From Felis catus (lineage: Eukaryota): a stretch of 64,000 bases of DNA. The stretch covers positions 104,534,001 to 104,598,000 of the forward strand of contig NC_058368.1 in NCBI RefSeq assembly GCF_018350175.1, given 5' to 3'. Below are positions 11,544 through 24,176 of this stretch, piece after piece (positions within the stretch are counted from its first letter, which is position 1; each line of letters starts with the position of its first letter). A model generated the notes under the pieces. It ran no database searches and was not told the DNA's origin. It was given only the letters and a program-made list of their open reading frames with translations. A program made the position numbers and the translations under genes.

Positions 11544-11879
11544 TAACTTAGTTTTCATAGAAATGGCAACTCTCTTTTTATGTTCATATTTGATCAGTTG
11601 ATGTGATATTTAATTAAAGTACATAATTATAGTCACCAAGTACAACTGCCGTAAACAGGTTAGGGAACAAAAACAACCACTCTCAGTTGGCGGGGATAGA
11701 AGGGATGGGGGTATTAGGCTACAGAAGCCACAAGCATCTATCATGCTTTGGGCCATCAGGCAATACGTTTTACAGATGGATTTGAAAACGTCAGTAAATT
11801 CAACCCTCTCCCCGCCCCCCCCCCCCCAGCTCAATCAAAAGAGTTTCTATTGTAATTAAAAACTAGTAAACATTACTAA

Positions 11880-12270
11880 GGAAAAGCGGTGGGTGCCATA
11901 AAGGTCTGTAATTGGGGAATGTGACTCAGTCCCAGGGCAGCAGGAGAGGCCTCTCACGGGAAATTACAGTTGAGCTGCGATCAGAGAGTAACTAGGCATT
12001 TGCTCAAAGAGGGGCTGGGACAGGGGTCTGGAGAAAGGAGTTCCAGGCAGCAGGAGCAGTAGAGTCCATGCTGTGTGGAAAATAAGGAACTGAAAGAGGC
12101 CAGTATGATCAACGCAAAGAGCGGAAGTGGGAGAGCAGTCCGGGATGAGGCAGAGGGAAGGAGATGCCAGTTCACACCAGCTTTGTAGGCTCTGACAAGC
12201 ATGCAGGTCTTCGTCCCTACTCATACCAGAAAGCTGTCAATGATTACGAAGCAAAAGGGTCTGCAGCAGC
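11880..12270 (-). mobile_element. L2 relic
   Basis: Degenerate L2-like purine-rich sequence (gaggcctctc...agttgagctg...ttccaggcagcagg). Confidence 0.5.
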
Positions 12271-12525
12271 TAGTTTGTTTTGGCCCCGAAATCTAATGGG
12301 GGCACTTGGATTGTTTTTATAATCTAAATACATTATAGCTAGAGGAGAAAACAATATTTTCATGACCGCTGGCACCTTTGGGAGGGAGCTGTCCTTGAAT
12401 AAGAAAATACATTCGTTAGCTGCTCACGGGTCAAAGTTGGGTAGGTGTCAAGATAATAAAAGAGATGCTAAGTATCCCTGCCGAGAATGTGGGAGGGAAA
12501 GAGAGAGAAGGGTGGGGGAAAGTGT

Positions 12526-12936
12526 TGTATTATTTTCCTAGGGCTGAGGTAACAAAATACCACAAACTGGGGGGAGGGGGGGCTTAATATAACAGACATT
12601 TATTCTGTCGCAGTATTGGAGGTGAGACATGTGAAATCGGTGTCAGCAGGGCCATGTTCTCTCATGGAGCTCTGGGTAGAATCTGCCTGTGCCTCTTCCT
12701 AGTTTCTGGCAGTGGCTGGAGATCTGTGGTGTTCCTTGGCTTGTGGCTGCAGACTGCATCCCTCGAATCTCTACCCTGTGGTCTTAAGGCATTCTCCCTG
12801 TGTGCCTCTGTGCCCCTTCTTTACTTATAAGGACCCTAGTCAAATTGGATCAGACCCACCCTTAATGACGCCATCTTAACTTGATTACGTCTGCATAGAT
12901 TCTATTTCTTTCTTTTTTTTTAAGTTTATTTATTTT

Positions 12937-12967
<31 letters not shown>

Positions 12968-13192
12968 AGAGAATCCCAAGCAGGTTGTGCCCTGGCAGCG
13001 CAGAGCCTGACTCAGGGCTCGAACTCAAGAATCGTGATATCATGACCTGGGTCGAAACCAAGAGTCAGACGCCTAACCAACTGAGCTACCCAGGCTCCTC
13101 AAGACTCTATTTCTAAAGACGGTCACGTCTGCAGATGGTGGGGGTTTGGGCTCAAATATATCTTTTTGAGAGATGTAATTCAACCCATAACA
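12526..13192 (-). mobile_element. MLT1C-like MaLR solo LTR with a nested SINE
   Basis: tgtattattttcctagggctg...aattcaacccataaca termini; 5-bp TSD agtgt/ggtgt. Confidence 0.88.
12910..13100 (-). mobile_element. SINEC inside the MLT1C LTR
   Basis: TSD aga(t/c)tctatttct on both sides. Confidence 0.92.
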
Positions 13193-13774
13193 GGTGTGAA
13201 GGGAGAGTAGTGAGAAGAATCAGCAAAACCGTGGGAGCTTAAATGGTGAGGTTGGCTACACCCACTAAGAAATTGCAGATAGCTAAGCGGTTCTCAAGTG
13301 CTTTTCTTACAGTGTAAGATGTGACAGCCTGCAAAACGTGTCCCCCATCACAGCCATGTGGTGGCTCCCGCCTTTTCAGTGAAGTTTCTGCTAGCAAAAA
13401 CTTGTTGGCAGAGGTGGTAAAGGTGAGGGGACAAGTGACAAGTGGAGTCTCTGAGAAGGATTCGGGTCCTATGTTAGGGCTACTAACATAAAAAGTGTGA
13501 TCACAGGAAGTCTCAGAGTGAACATCAGTTTGGTAGAGGCTGAAAAGAGTAATTTTGTGACTGTAAAACCCTCTCTCTAACCCAGATATTTAGAGATATA
13601 TTGGATTTCCACAGTCTCTAGCCTGGGGACTTGGGTCAACCTTCTCTCCAACTTGTTGGGATAGGACCAAGGTTGCAAATACAATTATTATTAAAAATCT
13701 ACCCTGCAATTTTTCTATCATCCTTTTTAGAGTACCGTGCATGATTTTGGCCAATCATAAGAGTGTTTGTGTGT

Positions 13775-13942
13775 GGTTTTTTTTAATGTTTATTTATTTT
13801 TGAGAGAGAGAGAGAGAGTGCATGCATGCACACAGCTGTGATGACAGCAGAGAGCCTGATGCAGGGCTCAAACTCAGGAACCGTGAGATCATGACCTGAG
13901 CCAAAGTCAGATGGTCAACCGACTGAGCCACCCAGGCTCTCC
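13775..13942 (-). mobile_element. SINEC (internally deleted)
   Basis: gagcctgatgcagggctcaaactcaggaaccgtgagatcatgacctgag...gactgagccacccagg. Confidence 0.88.
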
Positions 13943-15857
13943 AAGTGTTTGCAATTTACTTTTAAAAAGAGTGAAAAATCCTGTGTTCTGTATCTCTTGC
14001 CCTACCATCTTGTAAATCTGCGCATTCCAAATAGATGACCACTTTGATGGCAGGAGGATGTTCTCTGAAGTTCAGTTTTCGCTTCTTGTCAGTCTCCTGC
14101 TTCACTTCATAGAAAACCCTTGTGATGCGTTTCTTTACTAGCAGAAGCTCTTACGTGCCGCTCCCTCAGGTTTGCGCCCGGCTCTCAAAACGAAGGGAAT
14201 GATTTCCTGTAGTGAGTCCAGATGTTGTGTTCAGCACTATTGCAATTAGCCATCAAGTCTGAGAGCTGTATGAAATTACGTCTGTCTTTGAGGCCTGGGA
14301 GGGAAGACGATTTGGTAATAGTTTAACGTCCGTTGGGTGAAATCGTTGACATTGGGGAAGAACTACTGCCTCCATGAACGAGGATCCTACGCGGCACCTT
14401 TTCGGTTCATTTCTGCGCTCCATTTACATGGGTGTTTAACACGAATGTGCTTTTAAAACACATAACAATTTCCTGAAAACCTAAGTAACTGGCAAATGGT
14501 TAGAATAATTAATAAGGCAGATGTTTTTGTATTTTGTCTTCTGTACGCAGCTTGGAGAGAATGGGAACAATTTCGGCTGGCAAAGGTATCGTCTGTGGCC
14601 AGTATGTACTGCCTCTGTGGAAGCTTCCACCCGTACTGCAGGCACTTCACGGGCACTGAGACTGCTCAGGCAAAATGAAGCAAAAAGCAGAGCAATTACC
14701 CAGAGACTATGAATACAATACAATGTTGTATTTGGACATTTAGGCAAGAAATCTCCAGGGTCTTCTCCCGCTTTGAGAATCCTGCCTGGGTTGTTGGTTG
14801 GAGAAGCTGGAGAATGTTCTTCTTTAGCCCTGAAGGAGTTGGCTGACCCCTCCATCCCCCCCACAGTAAGCCAGAGAAATTGTGTTCTCTAGCTGATAAG
14901 GGCAGACGGGCCTCCTTGGTAAACTTGACAGTCATGCTCTTGAGCCTTGGAGGACCACCTGGTATCCCGTTGAACCAAGCCATATCTGCATGACTCCTGC
15001 CTGCTGAGGAAGGGTGTCTGCCCCAGAGAAGGCACTCATGGCAGGGCCAGGAGTCCTGAGACGACCAGAGAATGCTGGCAGAATGGCCTGTGAGGTTCAA
15101 CCCGAGGCCTCCTGCCATGTTGCTGGGCTCCCTAGCTCTGCATGGTCTTTGTTCCCATAATTCCTGTGTGGGTTTCTATACCCACAATTTCTGCTCTGCC
15201 CTTACTAAGTCCTTATAACAACCCTTTAAACACAGTATTTCAGCTGATGTCACAGGTGCCATTCTTCTGTGATACCCACATTTGGACCCCCCCTTAAGGC
15301 CATGACTGTCTTCTCATAGCTCTATACAAACTCTCGATGGCTGCCACACATTAAAAACATTAAAGCAGAGGGGGAAAAAAAAAGAAATCTCAGCTTAACC
15401 TAGCCATATAAACCACCCATTTGTGCTAGTTACTCTGCAGGTGTAAAGCATTCTTAACACTTAAACACTTCATTCTGTTAATAGCAGTAAGTTGGCCAAA
15501 ATTCCAAAGAAACTTCTTGAAATGGTAATCAATTTTAAGGGATTCTTTATGAAATCGAGAGTGTTAGCTACTTTCTGGGGAAAAGGAAGACTAAAGGATA
15601 ATAAGACTTTGGCAGATAGGAAGTATGTGGGCATCAGTTATTCTTATTAGAGAGACAAGACAGGAGTAATTGGCATAAGCTAGATGGAATAAAAGACATT
15701 TAATATAAGGAAAATCTCATTATAAGGACAAGAAAACTTTGGCATTGCCCTCTTGTACTGCTGGTGACAATTCAATTATAGGGTTGTCATATTTCTTATT
15801 TTGTAATGTTAATTGGTTAAGGCATAGGACATCTTTGTGAAATTTCTCTTTCTTCTT

Positions 15858-15860
<3 letters not shown>

Positions 15861-15900
<40 letters not shown>
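15861..15900. repeat. (TG)n microsatellite
   Basis: Perfect run. Confidence 0.95.
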
Positions 15901-15903
<3 letters not shown>

Positions 15904-17349
15904 ATGAAGAAACAGAGACACAGCAGTGACTTATGTTACTAGCTCCATTCCTCTAGGGAAAGCTCACAACTCAGAATTACTCTTTCCTTCCACAGTGGAG
16001 AGGTAGATGGTCGCTTTGAAGACATCTCTTCCCAGCTTTTACCTACCAGGGTCTAATTCTGGGGTTATTTGTGGCTTCCTGGTTTCACACTGGTCTCCTT
16101 TCTCTTCCTCACTGACTGTCACATAGATGCAGATGGTGAGACAGAAAATCCAATGAAATCGTATTGTCAGTTCATGTTTCGCTGTATTTTCTCTGCTCGT
16201 CACCTGTTTTAAAAGCTTATCTGTTTGTGTATCATCTCTTATAGCTTGCTTGGATTCCCCTTTCCTCTTGGTCTGGGGGGAGGGCAGGGGAACACAGAGA
16301 GAGAGAGGGAGAGAGAGGTGTTTAAAGTTCCCTGCCATCTGACGTCACCCGTGCTGCTGCAGGTGATTTACATGCCACATGGTCTCCACCGTCTGTGTGC
16401 TGTAACTCGGTAACTCAGTGGTAGCTTGACCTTCAACAGCTGCTGAACCTCCTCGTCTCTGCACAGGGGTAGAAGAGGCCATTATTGCAAGGAAAGAACA
16501 TGTGGCTTTCCAAATGGCATGAAATACATCTATTGCGACCAGATGAATTACATATTCATGAAAACTGTGTAACGGAAGACTACTCCGCTTGCCAGGCAGT
16601 CACCTTGGCCGAGCGCAAGGCTCGGTAAACAATGCAAAGCTCTGGCTCCCTCATTTATTTACCTTGCCAGTCAACGTGCGCAGTGCTGGGGCAGGTTTCT
16701 ACGACCAGCCACGAGAGGAAAGCTGGGAAGAGCTCTGCGTTTCCAAGGAAAACTGAATTCCATGATGCTTACATTTTTATTTCGTATCAACAAATATTGT
16801 TTGGACGTCCATTATTCTAACAGTATCCGAACAAAATTGTAATACTGTATTATTAGGAAAGTTTCTGCAAATGCTGGGAAGCTTCCCCTCCCCCCCCCAT
16901 TAAATAAATATCCAATTAGTGTGTGTAAAACGACTCCCACCAAGATTATGAGTTTTGATGTTTGTGTTTCTTATTAATTCCTGACTTACTAGTAAAGGAT
17001 CATGGTAATTATCCCTATTTTGCAGATGGCAAAAATGAAGCCAGAGGTGTTAAGTGACATCCCAGGAACACTGTAAGTGGCAGAGCTAGGAAGAACATTG
17101 CTGTGTCTCGACTCCAAGTTCCTATTTACTTCACCAGAACACTGCACTCGTGTGGATTGACTTTACTGTCAACATGTCAGTAACGATGACAACCCAAAAG
17201 GTGGTGACATTTAAAATGCTGTCCTTGGTCCTATTCATAGCTCGTCCGGGACATACTTCCAATACTGGTTAGGTTCACGCACATGCTGAGCCTCCTAGCT
17301 GCAGCTCTTCCCCTTCTCCACCCTGTGATCTGTCCATCTTTACATTCTC

Positions 17350-17985
17350 CGCTGGGCTGGGTGTGCTAGTTGGGCACACTCACACCTGTTCACACCTTCT
17401 CTCAGTGCTCCTGGACTGCTAAAGCTACAGAGAGACTCCCTTGCAGTTAGGGGTCCAGATATGATTTCAGGCTCTGCTAATCAGGTGGATTTATGTAAGA
17501 CTTAAGTTCAGAACTGAGTTAAATGGCAAGAGCTATGGTGGTCTGTTAGACCTTTATCCATCTATCTATCTACTAATTATCTATCATCTATCTATCAATC
17601 GTCTGTCTATCTTTCTGTCTATCTACCTACCTACCTACCTACCTACCTACCTGCCTATCTTTCTGTCTATCTCCCAGTAAGGATTTAGCAGGAATGAACA
17701 ATTGTCATCTCTGGAGAGCTGCTAATGAGGTGCATTTCTGGAGCCAGCATTGCATTGGGGTCTTTGGATTCCTGTTTCCTGAAGGTGGCCAAGAGGGCAG
17801 CTCCCCCTGGGGTGCAGTTCTGCAGTATCCTCCTAGGACTGCTGTACAGGCTCAGCATGGACCCAGTGCTCCTCCTGACCTTTCCATGATTTTGTTAGCA
17901 CCTAGTTCCCTGTGTTAAATCTCTTGCTCCTGAAACAAGACAGTGTAGTTTCTCTGATCTGTAGCTGACTCCTGACTCATTCGCT
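17350..17985 (+). mobile_element. LTR33-like ERVL solo LTR containing a (TCTA)/(CCTA)n tract at ~17555-17670
   Basis: 3' part agcacctagttccctgtgttaaatctc...gtttctctgatctgtagctgactcctgact matches recalled LTR33. Confidence 0.65.
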
Positions 17986-18064
17986 GCTTAAAGATTACCT
18001 GTGAGCCTGCTGCATGCTGACTCAGTCTGTGTTTTATCACATCTTATTGCATTTACATTGTTCT

Positions 18065-18067
<3 letters not shown>

Positions 18068-18113
<46 letters not shown>

Positions 18114-18160
18114 CGCGGGTGTGTGCGTGCGCGCGCGCTCATGAGCACGCGCATGTGTGT
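18068..18160. repeat. (TG)n(CG)n compound tract
   Basis: Directly visible. Confidence 0.92.
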
Positions 18161-19559
18161 CTCTTTCTCCTTCCCGCTCCGCCCTAGTCCTCAGACTCTG
18201 AGGTTATTCATCTTTTAGTCCTGCTCTGGGTGGGATAAAGCCTGGCACATAATATTCACTTAAGAGATGTTTGTTCGAATAAATGGATGGATGACTAAAC
18301 GCATAGAACCAAGTATCCTGTGATGCTTAGTTCACAGGAGAATGAAAACCTTGTTGAAAATGCAGTTTTATTTCATACATATGCCATTAGTGTATTTTAT
18401 TTAATAAAAATGTAGAAAGGCACACACTTTTAGCTTGATATTAATCATTACCTTTTACTTAAACAGTCAAATGGGATTTGCTGCTCAGCTGTTAAATATT
18501 TTGCTGTCCCTGGAAAACCAGCAATGTGCATTGATGAATGTGAGCCTTGTGTCTTACCTCCTGTGTCCTACCCATTACGTTTCTTCCTGGGTAAAATCTG
18601 AACAGGTGCTGTTAGATGCCTCATTAACTGCATGGAGCTACAGAAATTCTGGGTGAGATGATCCCTCACCAGAAACTAAGCCCTGCGTTTATTAAACACT
18701 GCCCTGGACTTAAAGCATCGTGATTCTTTCTGTGTTACCATTGGTGACAGACACTGGCTTAAGGTGCCAAGAGCTTGAATTGCTGTTATCTCTTATCTTT
18801 TCTCTGATCCTCCCTTCTTTCCATCATTCAGCCTGCTCTCTACCATTTATCTGTCTGTTTCATTTCTCCATTAATATTTATTAAGTGCCTATAGGTTGCA
18901 TAATAATATTATTATTATTATCGTTTAAACTACTTAAAAGGCTTTTACAATTTGTAACTCATTTAATTCTTGCTAAAACTTTCTCAGGTTGGAAGGGCAG
19001 GCATTCATATTCTCATGCCACTGATGAGCGTAGAAAGATGTAGAAAGGGTAAGTGTCCTGCTAAAACTGATGTAGTAGAACTGGGCCTAGGTGGTACCAG
19101 CTGCCCTGACTCTAGTTTACTGTTTGTCTCCATCCCATATTTCTTACGACATGAAACAAGACTAAAGAGAGACACAAAGTAGACAATATCAAATCTTCAG
19201 GGCTTTGCACTGTAGACCAATATATTTTATACGTGAAGACACAGGGAATGTCTTGATGAAGGTTGGAATATGCTTCCACTCAATTATGAAAGGTATTTTT
19301 ATTACCAAGGAATATATGTGGTGCATCTACATGAAGCACCCAAATGGTGAGAGCATGTGAGCCTGAGCTGGCAATGATGAATCCCTTTGGCCTTAATGAT
19401 GCCACTTCAGCAGCAATCTGAGGAGGTCACCCACCCACAGCATCCTGACCTGGTCTGATGACATAGGGGATATTAAGCAACATTTCCAAGTAGGAGAGCA
19501 GCCAGGGAGGGGAAGTGGGATGGCAGGATATCCCAGAGAACAAGTCAAATGGGGATCGA

Positions 19560-19830
19560 TTGAAGGGTCTATGGAGGAGCAGGGGCGGGATGGGGGGAAT
19601 GGGAGAGGAGACGCTGTGTATCATTTTCCGTGTGACACCAGAGAGCAAAATAATCACACAAGGTAGAATGACAGGGACATGGGAGAAGACATTTTCTGAC
19701 CACCACAGAACTCTAAAACTGAGGTGGGCTGCCCTGGGAGGAATAAGCTCTTTGTCATTAGAAAGGTTCAAGAAGATGACCATCTATCAGGGCTCTGGTA
19801 AGGGAGCCTCCCTTGTGGGGAGATCAGATA
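19560..19830 (+). mobile_element. L3/CR1 3' relic
   Basis: ...gggctgccctgggaggaataagctctttgtcattagaaaggttcaag...gaccatctatcaggg resembles the CR1/L3 3' end. Confidence 0.5.
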
Positions 19831-20505
19831 GTCAGCTGGTTGTCAGACTAATGCAGGCTGGGAGCTGGACGAGAAGCAGGCCTAACCGGAGACTCTGATT
19901 CAGCAGCTCTGGGTGCAGTCTGGAGAATCTCTGTCGGGAAACCACTGGACCAGATCCCTGGATTCCACAGTGGAGGGCAGAAGAAGGAGGACATTTCCTT
20001 CACATTTACATTTTATCTAAAAGGAAAAAAAAAAAAAAGCAGGAGCAGCCGAAGAAAGCTTACTAATATTTAGTGTCTAGGGAAGCACACAATCTCTGTC
20101 GCATCTGAGGTGTCCCATCTGATACTGCAGTGAGCAGGAGCCCTTCAACACTGAAGCTCGCGGCCATGCCTTCCTTCGTTCGTCCGCGCTGGCATGTTTC
20201 CATACATTGTAGTTGATTGTGCCCAGTTAGAGAAATGTATGGACTGTGTTATCTTAAATAATAGAATTGCAAATAGCAGAAGCTTTATAATATTTTGAAT
20301 GAAATGGGGAATAACGATGACAACTTTTTTGTGTCACAGAGAAGTTTGTGGGCATTCTTAGGTCAAAATAATTAAAGCATAGTCAAAGTTGTACATTTTT
20401 CTTTTACAAAAAGACATGTGTCCAATTATACTGACCTCCTGTGATGACAAGTAGCTGTTGGTAGTAGGGCTCTTGGCAGAAATTTGTGAGAAACTAAACG
20501 TACTC

Positions 20506-20598
20506 GGGGTGCCTGTCTGACTCAGTCAGTAGAGCATGCGACTCTTGATCTCAGGGTCATGGGTTCGAGACCCACGTTGGGCGTGGAGCCTATTAAAA
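20506..20598 (+). mobile_element. Short tRNA-Lys-derived SINEC
   Basis: ctcagtcagtagagcatgcgactcttgatctcagggtcatgggttcgag..., A-tail, TSD aaactaaa(c/t)g(t/c)act. Confidence 0.88.
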
Positions 20599-21211
20599 AA
20601 ACTAAATGCACTTAGTGTGTTTCACTTATATAAAGTTTAGTATGAACCAGGCATTGTTCTGTTTTATATGGGTTAAGTTAATGACTCTTCATGCAGTCGT
20701 TGATGGTAGGAACTAACTATACTTGACAGATGAGGAAACTGAGGCACAGAAAGGTGAAGTGACTTCCTTAAGGTCACTCAGTTAGTCAGTGAAAGAGGGG
20801 TTTAAGTGAAAGCTTTTAACCAGTCAACTAATATAACTGACTCCTCTAAAATATGAAATCAGTTATTTTTTCAAAGGAACTTATGCTATGGAGAATGCAT
20901 TCTAAAAATAATGGCTGGAAACGTTTGCATCATTAATGTTATTTTTGTTGCCAAAGCTGTAGAAGTTTGTAAACTTTAAAAAGCCATGACATCTCAAACT
21001 TAGGAAACATAGGAATAGAATTTCAAAACTGATTTAAAAACAAAGGATTCTGTGTATTTTGAACTCCTTTATTAAATATATAAAAATATAGTAAATTCCA
21101 ATTTGTTGACAAGAACAAATGACAGAGTAGGAAAAAAACTGAAATTGACTAGCAGATTTCTACAAACGCTTTCACATAATTGGTGGATGATTTAAAAAAT
21201 AAGTTTCATGA

Positions 21212-21312
21212 GGGGAGCTCCTGGCTGGCTCAGTCAGTAGAGTATGCCACTCTTGATCTTGGGGTTGTGAATTCGAGCCCCACGTTGGGTGTAGAGATTA
21301 CTTTAAAAAGAA
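21212..21312 (+). mobile_element. Short tRNA-Lys-derived SINEC
   Basis: ggctggctcagtcagtagagtatgccactcttgatcttgggg...gtagagattactttaaaa; TSD aagtttc(c)atga. Confidence 0.88.
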
Positions 21313-23469
21313 AAAGTTTCCATGATTTACTAAGCACGACCAGCAATGCATCATCCCCCCCCACCTGCCTCATTTGGATGGATGTATTTTTGAGAAGCAT
21401 CTTTCCAAGCAGCGGCAGTCAGAAAAGTTACACCACACCAAATCCCTGTATCACAAAGTATGAAACAAAGAAAAAATAATGACTCCTATTCAATTATATT
21501 ATTCAGTAAAGAACTGTTATCAGCTGTGGCATCTGTTTAGTGAGAGCAGAATTCTTTATTCCTATTAATAAAAATAATAGAAAAGTTATTTTCAAACATT
21601 TTATCTACATCTTATTTTTTAAACATTTTCTTATTTTGTAGGTTTCTGTAATGATCATAATGTATTGATGTAATAGTGTATGTATATAACATATAAGTGA
21701 ATCTGTAAAAATAACAGGGTGCATGTTTAAACTAAGGTGGACCCATGGTCAGCAAGCTCAGAGGCCGCTGGATGTGATGTCCTTTAAGGTCCATTCCCTA
21801 GTTTGGAATCTTTGATTCTCAGGCAAATGCTGTGCTCTTATTTGGTGAGAGATAAAACCTAAGTGCTAGAGAGACACTTTCCTCCAAGGCAGGCGGCATC
21901 TCATTATCCAGCTCAGTGCCCAAATCCCAACCAAAAAAAAAAGAAGGGTAAAGACCCACATTTCTGAGTGAATCGGCTTGATTTAAGACCCTGAGCTATC
22001 TGTGTTTTGTACAACATCTAATGCACTGTTGATGCTTAATAAATAACAAATTGTGATATTAATAATTAAGAATTGATGTTCTTGCTCCTGTGAAATGATT
22101 TGCAGGAGAATTATTCCCCATTCACTCATAAAGAAAAATGAGAAGCAGAGACAGAGCAATAGCTTTTAAGGAAATTTAGTTCCAGCTACTTTGTGTGTGT
22201 GTGGTTTTTAGTCCCCATCTCTGGTAAATCTGATGAATAACTGAGCAAGACAGACCCAGAGCCAGTCTACACTGCTTTCCCCTCCTTTTGTGTCCCTACC
22301 TTTAGGTAGGAATGTCTAGGTTGTTGAATTGTATGATTCTAAAGTGCTTGACAAACATTAATTAACTGGGGGGTCGTTCTTTGTTTGAAGAGAGTTATGT
22401 CTAATTGTGAATATGTCTCCAATTATCTGCTCCTTTCTTTTGAATGTGTTATTATCTAAAACGTGCAGTATCTGATTTGCTTGTACAGTTATTTTAGTAG
22501 GTTTTTTGAAATAGGTGGCAACCATGAAAAAAGGGACATATAGTCACCTTAGGGAGAAAAATCGTAATTATTACAAACTTTAGGTTCATGTTCGTATTTG
22601 TGCATATTACATGCATCTACACACACACGCGCACGCACACACACACACACCTTTCCTGTTACATGCAACCATCCTCTCTTTCAAGCCGTGGATTTTGGCG
22701 ATAGTGATGACCCACCCTGAACTGGACTCCGTTCCTTCTGAGCTAGGGGAATTGTTGAGATTTGCTTTTTAATAGCAGAAATTGGAAAAACTCTGCAGAA
22801 AAGGGAATTAATCCTCCTGCAAAAAGCAAGTGTAATTAGTCACCGAAGGAAACTGGCTCTGCGTGCCAACAGAGTCCAGAAGATTGGCTGAGTGCTGTTG
22901 ACTCCTTATCCTCCATGAACCCATCCTCCCACCCTATGCGGGAAGAGGGTGACGTTCAGACAGCAGCCACAGTGGACACTGGCAGCGTGGGTCTGGAGAC
23001 CAGATGGGTTACAAACTGCAGGAGACACTGGGCCTGTGTTTTGGCATAAGCAGTGCACCCTGTTAATTAGGAGCATAGCTTGGAACAGTGTCTTACCTAA
23101 TTAGCCAGGGCAGGTATGTGCCTGTGCAGGGGTGGATTACAGATTTTTCTGTCGCTTGGAGAAATTTTCTATAGTAACAAAGGAACAAAATGTAAATTAA
23201 TCCACAACCGCAGGATTTGTACGTATTACGCCTTTCAAAGCGGGCTTCTCAGTACGTCGCCTATCATACCTTCTAGACGTATCCGTAGCCTGTAAATACT
23301 GAAGCTGATGTCACTCTTAACTTCATCTAGGCGCTACTCATCAGCTTTCAGAGGCAGTGTCATAGGGTGAAGGTTACAGACTTTGATGTCACACACACCC
23401 CAATTCAAATCCTGCCTCCTCCATTTACTGGCTATGTTACACAACAGACTTTAAAATCCTCACCAGTAA

Positions 23470-23700
23470 GGGGCGCCTGGTGGTTCAGTCGGTTAAGCGG
23501 CCGACTTCGGCTTAGGTCATGATCTCGTGGTCCTTGAGTTCGAGCCCCACGTTGGGCTCTGTGCTGCCGGCTCAGAGCCTGGAACCTGTTTCGGATTCTG
23601 TGTCTCCCTCTCTCTGACCCTCCCCCGTTCATGCTCTGTCTCTCTCTGTCTCAAAAATATATAAACATTAAAAAAAAAATTTTTTTTTTTTAAATAAAAA
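23470..23700 (+). mobile_element. Young SINEC_Fc
   Basis: Perfect 18-bp TSD aaaatcctcaccagtaag (23453-23470, 23701-23718). Confidence 0.96.
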
Positions 23701-23735
23701 AAAATCCTCACCAGTAAGATAGGAATCACAGTACT

Positions 23736-24176
23736 TGTTAGGGGCTGAATTGTGTATCCCACCTCCCCCAGCCCCTGCAAATTCATACATTGAGGTACTC
23801 ACCTCCAGTGTCTCAGAATGTGACTGTGTTTGGAGACAGGGCCTCTAAAGATTAAGTTAGGATGAGACTATCAGGGTGGGCCCCTCATCCAGTCTGACTG
23901 ATGTCCTTAAAAAATAGGAAATTGGACCCACAAAAGTGACTCTTAGGGATGCACAGGGGAGGACTGTGTGAAGAGGCACCCAAAGAGTGAACACTTGCAA
24001 GTCAAGGGGAACGGCCTAGAAAAGCCCTTTCCGTTATGGCCCTCAGAGGAAACCAGCCCCCTGGCACTCTGATGTTGGATTTGGAGCCTTCAAACCTGAG
24101 AGCAGATATATTCTGTTGTTGAGGCTGCCCAGGCCGTGCTGTTTTGTTATGGCAGCCCTAGAAAAAAACTAACACA
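23736..24176 (+). mobile_element. MLT1B-like MaLR solo LTR
   Basis: tgttaggggctgaattgtgt...tctcagaatgtgactgtgtttggagacagggcc...tttgttatggcagccctagaaaaaaactaacaca. Confidence 0.85.

Larger units (their letters stand above)
20230..21770 (+). mobile_element. hAT-Charlie transposase fossil, interrupted by two short SINEs and a MIR
   Basis: 20290-20500 retains broken codons resembling F..FCNEMG..NLL.HTEVRWLSRG...FL.QKD...DLFCDDKWL..V.YLADIFEKLN; Charlie-like 3' end near 21720-21770. Confidence 0.65.

Noticed and set aside
14696..15290. 127-140 aa ORFs and an LTR-like segment
   Set aside because: No protein family recognisable; may be an old ERV LTR, but I cannot support a family or boundaries
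20506..20598. tRNA-Lys(CUU)-like genes (also 21212-21312, 41824-41915)
   Set aside because: Have the SINE GGGG head, A-rich tail, TSDs and stem mismatches: tRNA-derived SINEC copies, not functional tRNAs
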